A stretch of DNA of 20,000 nucleotides from contig JAPEUG010000057.1 in assembly GCA_026025795.1 (NCBI GenBank), forward strand, positions 44,379 to 64,378. The letters run 5' to 3'. Positions 1-9,064 of the stretch are shown in pieces (the stretch's first letter is position 1; every line of letters starts with the position of its first letter). Made by a program: the position numbers and the translations under genes. Source of the DNA: Thelocarpon superellum (Eukaryota). The notes beneath the pieces were generated by a model that ran no database searches, had not been told where the DNA came from, and saw only the letters and a list, made by a program, of their open reading frames with translations.

Positions 1-85
1 ACACGATGGATGAGCGAGCACGACTGTGCATCGTACGTGTTTGGTCCCATGTCAGGCGATATCTATTGACGGTGTGCGTAGCGAC

Positions 86-985
86 TCAGTCATCTGTTTC
101 AAGGTAGCCTCCTCTCCATGTCGACATCATCGACCCCTGCTCACGAAGATAGTGCTGGCATCGTCGATGAAGCTCGAATATCCATTGAGCGACGCCCTTC
201 CAAACACGGAGCACGCGCGTGATCGACTCCTGGCTAAGATCTCGGATTATCGTGCCGGGGCGGCGACGGCGCCAGACGAGGACTTTGCCCTGCTCTACGT
301 TTACGGTGAGTGCGCTTTGGAGGAGGGGAGGTCGTCTTGCTGAGGTGAGGTAGCATTGGTCACGGGACAGTTGGCGGAAGAGATCTTCAAGGTGGCGAGG
401 GAGATTGAAGGTCTGTTTGGCATGGTGGATGAAGATGCGCTCAAGTTGGAGTAGGGCTCGGAGTCAGGACAATAGTACGGGTAGGCAGTAGGGTGACGGG
501 CTAGGGATCGAGCATTCACTAATGTACAATGTCCAACGTTTGAGTTCTTTCTTCGACACCCATCGCAATGAATGGTGCACCTTCAGAAAGGGTTGCAACT
601 TCTCGTGCCTAGAGGCGCCCCGTGCTGCTTTCGATGTCGATGCTGACATAATAGGGAGTATCCCAGACTCCTCGTACCTGTTCAGTAACCAGGGAGCCCT
701 CGATAACACTTTGCATGTCGATCTGACACTTCGTACAATTGTTGCGAGGAACTTTATGGAGTACTCCCGGTCACCCACTCGGCGAACAGGGATTCCTCTA
801 GGAGTTGTGCTCATGTGTTGGTGACAGCCACGACCCCGGCCTCGGGGTGCGCCCAACAGTTTCCGTCGGCGGTAAGGCGTACGGGGCGGGAAGAGTCGAG
901 CACTCACTGATGTCCAACGTCCAATGTCAATATCAATTCCCTCGACTGTCACATCTTGGGGATCCAACCGGATTAGATTAGTTAA
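86..985 (-). pseudogene. Unassigned minus-strand reading frame with one internal TGA (possible orphan gene, pseudogene or unresolved spliced gene)
   Basis: One frame is open from 985 to the TGA at 88-86 except for a TGA at 466-464. The distal part reads LRALLQLERIFIHHAKQTFNLPRHLEDLFRQLSRDQ...WRGGYLETDD. No family recognised and no confident splice model. Confidence 0.2.
508..927. repeat. Degenerate 32-bp direct repeat (508-539 and 896-927)
   Basis: tcgagcattcactaatgtacaatgtccaacgt vs tcgagcactcactgatgtccaacgtccaatgt: 27/32 identical, 388 bp apart; 4 of the 5 differences are transitions. Confidence 0.65.
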
Positions 986-1250
986 CTATCTTCTATGGTA
1001 GAAGGATATGATGCACGTGTCACCGCAGCCTCATTGCGAAATCGAGTGAAGAGAACGATGGTAGGTGGGGACAATAGCCAACGTTTCCTTCGGACAATGA
1101 AGACAGTTGATCGTCCATGTCGCCTGTTCCGTCGCCGCGTGTGATGCGTCCGGCGGCCGAACCCGCCAAAGCGAGAAGCTTCAACGTCGGCCACTTCTGC
1201 CCCCCCGACACGGCCAAATCCATCGACGCGACCAGCCATCATCATTCATC

Positions 1251-1271
1251 CATCATCATCATCATCATCAT
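1251..1271 (+). repeat. (CAT)7 microsatellite upstream of ADA1
   Basis: Direct reading; flanked by further imperfect catc units. Confidence 0.9.
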
Positions 1272-1388
1272 CTCCACCTCATCCACCCGTCCGTCGCCTC
1301 TGTCGGCGCTCGCAGGATCGGCACTGTGAATCGTGCCCGAGCAATGTCATAACCCGTCGCTGATCCGCACCCGGGCATCGCGTCCACC

Positions 1389-3138
1389 ATGCCGGACATC
1401 GATCCGGCCGCCCTGAGCCGGACGGGCTCGGGGCCGCAGCCATCGACGACGCCGCTGCCGCCGCTCAAATCCCTCTCGACGTCGACGCCGGCGTCGCAGA
1501 AAGCCAGCAAGACCATTTCCATGGGCCAGCGCATCGACCTGGAGCCCCTGTACACGGCGCTCAAGGCGGCCATCGCCGAACACTGGGTGGGATATAAAGA
1601 GGCCATCAGTCTTTTTGCGCTGGGTAGGTGCTGCGGCGCATGGCAGACGCAGGGATCCAGCTCACGGCGATAGGCCACCTCAACCAAGCGGAGCTCTCCT
1701 CGCGCATCGACTACTACATCACGGCGGACCCGGCGACGGAACATCTACATAATCAACTGATCTCGGCCATCTACGGCAATGTCACGCGCGATCTACCGGA
1801 CCATGGCGTGGCGGGATGGGTCAGCGCCAATGACAAGCCGACGACGGTGTCGAAGCCCGTGTCGGGCGATGCGGCCGAGCAACGATTGAAGACGGAGGCG
1901 ATGCAATTACCGGCGCGCGATCGACGGCGCATCAAGGACATTCCCGAGGTGAGCGACCCAGACGAGCGAGAGGATGTGAGTTGACGGACGATGGTAGACG
2001 GGCGATGCCCACGACATGTACTCGGGCATGTTGAACGAGTATCACCACGCGAAGCAGATCAAGCAACCCGACATGGTGCCGACGAGTGCCGGCGGACACA
2101 ACAAGACCAGTAGGCATCCTTCCACGCGAGATGGATTCGTTCGCGGTGAATTTCTCCTGACGATGAACAGACTGGGACCTGGAGATCCGCAGACGATACT
2201 CGCAAGCGCTGGCCTGTGAAACGGGAGAATTCCCAGACACGGAGAGCATCCAGGGGCGCATGGAGCCCATGTGCTACGAAGAAGGCATCATGAACGGTGC
2301 CAGCGACGGCGCGGCGGCCTTTATGAATGTGGCGACGGAGACGTTTGTCAAGGAGGTGCTCTCGGGCATCTTGGCCCGCACGCGCAGCAACGGCGCCAAC
2401 TACATCATGACGTCGACGTACAAGCGGCAACTGGAGCGCGAAGAAGCCGGCTGGCTGCGCGGCACGGTGCAGAAGAACGCCAACTCGCTCTTACCCGTGG
2501 AAGCGACGGCCGCGAGCCAACGCGGGCCCTTGGGCATGAATGATTTCCGCCTGTCGCTGGAAATGGGCGACATGTACCTCGGCCACATGCCTCTCGCGTT
2601 GGAGAAGATCATGGGCGGGTACGTGGAGGGCGAGTTGCAGCATCAACGAGATCAGGCCGACGGGCTGACGGGGACGGAGATGGATCTGGATCTGGATCTG
2701 GATGTGGACGGGGAGGCGCCCGCGGCGGTGGTCAATGGCACGGCGACGGCCACCCCTAACGGCACGACGACCTCCCCGACGACCTCCACGACGACGACCA
2801 AACCCTCGCCCCTCAAAGCTAGTAGTCCTGCGTCAGGACCGGCAGTGACGACGTCCGCAAAGACGCCTCTCCTCGCTCCTGCGTCCACGTTAACACCAAC
2901 ATCAGCCTCCAAAGCGACCTCGGGCAGAGCAGCCTCAGCCTCGGCCCCGGCATCTGTATCTGCATCTGCATCTGCATCAGGGCCCGGCACAGGAACAGCA
3001 GGAGGCACACTGATACTCAGCACAACGCCGCTACTAGGTCACGACGTGGAAGATTCCGACTGGGGATGGGAAGGCGGAGGGCTGGGCGACCGTGACATGC
3101 TGGGTGGGCTGCTCGACGACTGTCTGTCCGTCGGATGA
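1389..3138 (+). CDS. HFI1: SAGA complex subunit Ada1/Hfi1 (SAGA-Tad1 family), ~529 aa, 4 exons
   Basis: Exons 1389-1623, 1674-1948, 1998-2109, 2171-3138. Introns GTAGGT..GCTCAC..TAG (50 nt), GTGAGC..GTTGAC..TAG (49 nt), GTAGGC..CTGAC..CAG (61 nt) join in frame. Family-like segments: [79 protein letters not shown]. Confidence 0.88.
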
Positions 3139-3480
3139 CCTCGTTCTCTCGTTCTTTCTGCCTCGCTTCACATGGCCTATCTCTGGCCTTGGGCCTTTTT
3201 GGTGCTCGTAGGGGACGAGTCCGGTGGTTCTGATACCCTCTTCCCATACTTTGTCCTTTCTTCGGCCTTGTTTGATCCCACGTGGCGTTGTTCGGCAAAG
3301 GGGAGGGTTGGGATTCCTTGGATGAAATGAAGGGGCGGATGGAGTCACGGAAGTACAGGCGTCATGGGCTGCTCTACGCTGCGGCTACGGCTACAAGAGA
3401 GGAAAATGGATGGATCCGGGAATCGATGGATCGATGGTTCAATGGGAGGCGAGGAGGGAGGATAATGGATTGATGGATGT

Positions 3481-3507
3481 ACACTACAATACACTACAAT
3501 ACACTAC
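3481..3507 (+). repeat. 10-bp tandem repeat (ACACTACAAT)x2.7 in the convergent ADA1/PRP6 3' intergenic region
   Basis: acactacaat acactacaat acactac. Confidence 0.8.
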
Positions 3508-3566
3508 CGCCAGACCACCGCAAAAAGCCAGTCACGTCACACAAGCCACTGCATCAAATCCATCCA

Positions 3567-6482
3567 TCAATCCTCCAGTAATTCCATCACGCGCAACAGC
3601 ACCCGCTCCGTGGCCCAACCGGCATGTGTCGGCTCCTTGGCCACGGCCGGCCAGATCTCGCCGTGCTTCGGCTCCGCGAGGCTGCACTTGGCAATGGCAT
3701 CGGCGATGGTCTCGGGCGTGCCGTGCATGTGGAGGAACTTGAGCAGCCAGGCCCAGGCGTCGCCCTGGTCGGCGTCGGCCAGGATGGCCTTCTCGAACCA
3801 CGCACGCGCCTTGTCGAGCTTCCGCTCGGCCCAGAAGACCCGCGCGACGGTGACGAAGAGGTGCGGGTCCGAGTCGACTTTCTTGATGGCTTCCAGACTG
3901 CGTGGCTTGCGCGCCGTGCGCGGCTCAAAGTGCAGGATGGATTCGCTCCAGAGGAGCCCGGACGTCGCGTTCTCCTGCAGCGCTTTCGCCATCAGGTTCT
4001 TGCCTTGGTTCATGTTGTGCGCGCGCCGCTCCACCCGGATCGATTCGAGCCAGAGGATGGCGTTCTTGGGTACGGCGAGGCGCGCCCGGTCGAGAATCGA
4101 GCGGCTGCGGACCGTCAGGCCCGCAGCTTCCTCGAGCCGGGATGCCAGGAGCCAGAGCGGGATCGACGTCGGACACGCTCGGGTCCCCGTGTTGTAGGCG
4201 TCGCGCGCCGGCCCGATCTTGTTCGCGCCTTCGTAGATCTGCCCCTTTTGCATCCACAGCTTGGCGGCCTGGGGGTAGCGCTGCAGACCCTGGTTGACCA
4301 GGTCCAGCGCGTCGTCGTCGTTGCCCAGCTGTCGCTCGAAGGCCACGCTCTTGATCCACACCCGGTCCGTGCCCGCTTCCCGTCGCGCCGTGGAGAGCAG
4401 CTCGCGCGCCGCCGCCGTCTGCTGGTTGTCGGCTTCGAGCTTGACCGCCGCCAGCCAGATGTCCTCGTTGTTCGGGTTCTGCTTGAAGGCCTGTCCGAGC
4501 ACGCGTCGCGCGTTGTCCATCTCGCCCGCTTGCCACTTCTCCTTGGCCAGTTGCATCCAGAGCACTTCGCTCTGTGGACACGCCTCCACCGCCTTCTCGA
4601 GCAGCTGCCACAGTCCCTCCTTGCTCCCGTGGTTCCGCTCGAGCTCCGCCGCCGCCAGCCAGAGCGACTTCTTGTTGACAAACACCCGCAGCGCATAGGC
4701 GTACATGGCTCGCGCCGTCTCGTACCGTCCGCGGCCGATGCTGGATCGGGCGTCCTCCATCCAGATCTCCTTGCGGTCGTCGTCCTCGTCCAGGCTCCAT
4801 CCCAACGTCTCGCGCACGATGGCGCCACACGTGAGGATGGCGCCCTCCTCCTCGCACTTCTCCGCCTCCGTGATCCATTCCTCCCGCTTCAACATGGCCG
4901 ATTCCTTGGCCAGCGCCTGCACCGCCCGCTTCATCACGTTGATCTTCCCCGCGTTGCCCATCTGCTCTTGCAGTCGGGCCGCCGCGATCCAGATCTCGTG
5001 GCTCGTCGGCACGGCGGTGCGCGCCTTGTTGAGCACCTTCTGCGCATTCTCCGGCGTCTCCAGCCGTGCCAAGGCGAGCCACAGCTCCACCGACAGCGGG
5101 ATGATCTCCGTCGCCTTGGCCAGCAGCAGTTTGGCGTCGTCCGGGTCTTCCTCCAGGTTGACCGCTTCTTTCCACAGCACCACCGACTGCGGGATGTGGT
5201 CGAGCGCGTGACGGAGCACCCGTTTCCGGGCCCGCGGCTCGTTCTCCAGCTTCATCGCCTCGATCCAGAGCCGCACCGACCGGTCGTTGTGCTTGATCGC
5301 GTTGGCCGCGATGATCTTGGCGTTGTGGTTGTCGTTCATTCGGATATTCTCCAGCCACGCGTCCTCACTCTTGGGACAGTACTCGCACCCTCGCGCGATG
5401 ACGTTCCGCGCCGCCACGATCTTGCCCGCAATCTCTTCCAGTCGCGCCGCCGCGATCCATCCCGGCGCGTGCTTCGGATTGGTCTTGATGACCGACTCCA
5501 GCAGCACCCGCACTCGTTTGATGTCGCCCACTTCCACCTCGCCCGGCCGGACCTCCGTCTTGCTGAGGCTGGTCAGGTAGCCCTTGGGGTCGATGTTGGT
5601 CGCGCTGCCCGTCGCCGCGTCGGTGCCGGAACCCTGTGCCGCTTGATCCAGCCGCACCTGCAGCACCTTATCTCGCGCGGCGCCAATGTCGGCAAAGTTG
5701 GTCATCGTCCCATCCGCCTGGTCGTTGGAGGCCCCGTTCGCCCCCGCTCCGTCGTCCGTCACCGTCGTGTCGAACTGGGTCGAGTCCCGTGCGCCAGCGA
5801 TGACGCTATCCGGCACGGCGTAGAAGCGTTGGCGGAGGTTCTGCTTGGCGCGTCGATTCTTGCCCGTCAAGTCGCCCACCTCGGGCAGCTCGGCCCACTC
5901 CTGATCGCTGACCGTGCCCAGGGCTCGTTTGAGATCGGCAAACTGCTGTTGGATCTTGGGGTTATTTCGCTCGTACTCTTCCCGCTCCTTTTGCTCTCGT
6001 GCTTCCCTGTAGGTGGCGAGGTTCAAGTCGGTAATCTGTCCCACGATACAACGATTCGATAAACCAGCTGCTTCACACGCAGTGGATGGGGAAGGGGAGC
6101 ACAGAAAGGGCACCCACCTGCGAATCTTCCGCCGCCGGTCCATCTTCTCGTCCACCTCTTGGTAGATGCGGTCGGCCTCGTCATCTTCCTTGTCGTAGGC
6201 GCCCCCAGCGAATAAGCCGACTTCATTCTCGGGATCTTGGTAGCGTTCATCGTCGTCATCATCCTTCTCATCCTTCTTCTCCGTCGCGCCATATGCCGTG
6301 GGAGGGGCAGCACCCAGCTGTTGTGCTCGTTTGGCCAAGGCGTCTTTGATCTGCTCTTCGCTGGGACCTTCACGGGCGGGGCCGAGGTCCGACCGGGTCA
6401 TGAACCCCGTCGCACCTCGACCCAGACCCGCCACGTAATTCTCCGGCGGCTGCTGATTGAGAAAATCCTTGCGGCCTGACAT
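3567..6482 (-). CDS. PRP6: Pre-mRNA splicing factor Prp6 (S. pombe Prp1, U5-102K), HAT/TPR repeats, ~934 aa, 2 exons
   Basis: N-terminus DFLNQQPPENYVAGLGRGATGFMTRSDLGPARE, PKIQQQFADLKR, IDPKGYLTSL, TNPKHAPGWIAAARLEE, many HAT repeats. Exons 6482-6118 and 6006-3567; a 111-nt intron 6117-6007 (GTGGGT..CTACAG) removes a non-homologous 37-aa insert, restoring KIRR-EARE. Confidence 0.96.
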   Translation of the reverse strand: MSGRKDFLNQQPPENYVAGLGRGATGFMTRSDLGPAREGPSEEQIKDALAKRAQQLGAAPPTAYGATEKKDEKDDDDDERYQDPENEVGLFAGGAYDKEDDEADRIYQEVDEKMDRRRKIRRWVPFLCSPSPSTACEAAGLSNRCIVGQITDLNLATYREAREQKEREEYERNNPKIQQQFADLKRALGTVSDQEWAELPEVGDLTGKNRRAKQNLRQRFYAVPDSVIAGARDSTQFDTTVTDDGAGANGASNDQADGTMTNFADIGAARDKVLQVRLDQAAQGSGTDAATGSATNIDPKGYLTSLSKTEVRPGEVEVGDIKRVRVLLESVIKTNPKHAPGWIAAARLEEIAGKIVAARNVIARGCEYCPKSEDAWLENIRMNDNHNAKIIAANAIKHNDRSVRLWIEAMKLENEPRARKRVLRHALDHIPQSVVLWKEAVNLEEDPDDAKLLLAKATEIIPLSVELWLALARLETPENAQKVLNKARTAVPTSHEIWIAAARLQEQMGNAGKINVMKRAVQALAKESAMLKREEWITEAEKCEEEGAILTCGAIVRETLGWSLDEDDDRKEIWMEDARSSIGRGRYETARAMYAYALRVFVNKKSLWLAAAELERNHGSKEGLWQLLEKAVEACPQSEVLWMQLAKEKWQAGEMDNARRVLGQAFKQNPNNEDIWLAAVKLEADNQQTAAARELLSTARREAGTDRVWIKSVAFERQLGNDDDALDLVNQGLQRYPQAAKLWMQKGQIYEGANKIGPARDAYNTGTRACPTSIPLWLLASRLEEAAGLTVRSRSILDRARLAVPKNAILWLESIRVERRAHNMNQGKNLMAKALQENATSGLLWSESILHFEPRTARKPRSLEAIKKVDSDPHLFVTVARVFWAERKLDKARAWFEKAILADADQGDAWAWLLKFLHMHGTPETIADAIAKCSLAEPKHGEIWPAVAKEPTHAGWATERVLLRVMELLED

Positions 6483-8019
<1,537 letters not shown>

Positions 8020-8428
8020 TGGAAGCCGTCTCGTCCGTGTTCCAGTGCATGCGTGCCCTACAGGTGTAGATTACGAATCATGATAGGGATGGGACAGGTC
8101 GGGTCAGATCGGATCTGATAAACTTGTAGAGCTGGTATTGATCAGAGACTGATAGAGGAGGTAGAACTAAAGATACATCAAGGAAAGAGAGAGAAGGAGA
8201 AGGGACACGGGGGAGATGAGAGGGAGGTGAAGAAGGAGAGGAGCGAAGAGACCGCAAACTCAGGGAACAGAGAACTGGGAGTGAGAGTGAGATCGATATC
8301 AAGTCGCCCGCGAGTCCGATCTTCTCCTCCTCAGTCACCCGCGGCTGAACTCATCCCGTCCGTCTCCACCCATCATCGTCCCACCCAGATCCGGCCCGAC
8401 CGGAAAGACACGGTCCTGGTATCTCTGC

Positions 8429-9017
8429 CTAGGTCCGCGAATAGGGATGGTATCCACGAGCATGGCCACGCCCGCCACCGCGGTAGTTCGCGCCGGGTTT
8501 CCCCGCGTTCTTTGGTCCCGTCGGCGCATTGGCCGGCGCCGCGCTTGGTTGCACGGGGACCGGAGGGCCCTGGGATCCGCGGTTCTGCGAGCCCCCGCGG
8601 TTGGCCTGTCCTTGATTCGGTGTCAACTGTCGTGCGTAGCTGCCTTGCGCCCCTCCACCCGGGTTCGGGTTCATATGCGGCTGCGGCACGTCGTCGTACA
8701 TGCCTTCCCACGACGTGGCACCGCCCGCTCCGCCGGGATACTGCGGGTATTGCTGTTGGTCGCGCACCCCGCGCCGCACTTGCTGCTGCTCGTACTTCTG
8801 CTGCTCGAACATCTGCTGCTCATACGCCGTGTATCCCGGTCCGCCACGTCCGGCGCCGCCCGTGTTGGCCGATCCCATGTTGGATCCGCCCGCTCCCATC
8901 GCGACCGCGCCCATGTTGCCCTGGTCCACATTCCCTCCGCCCATGTTCCCCGCGCCAAAGTTACCTTGCTGTGCCGGCGTTGGTGCCATTTGGGGCGGCG
9001 CCTGTTGTGGATGCTGT

Positions 9018-9064
<47 letters not shown>

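Noticed and set aside
1107..1352. His-rich small ORF upstream of ADA1
   Set aside because: The His run is just the (CAT)7 microsatellite; non-ATG start and no other coding evidence.
3624..6062. 812-aa + strand ORF (and 477-aa alternative-frame ORF) overlapping PRP6
   Set aside because: Antisense and frame-shifted shadows expected from GC3-rich codon usage; no recognisable domain.
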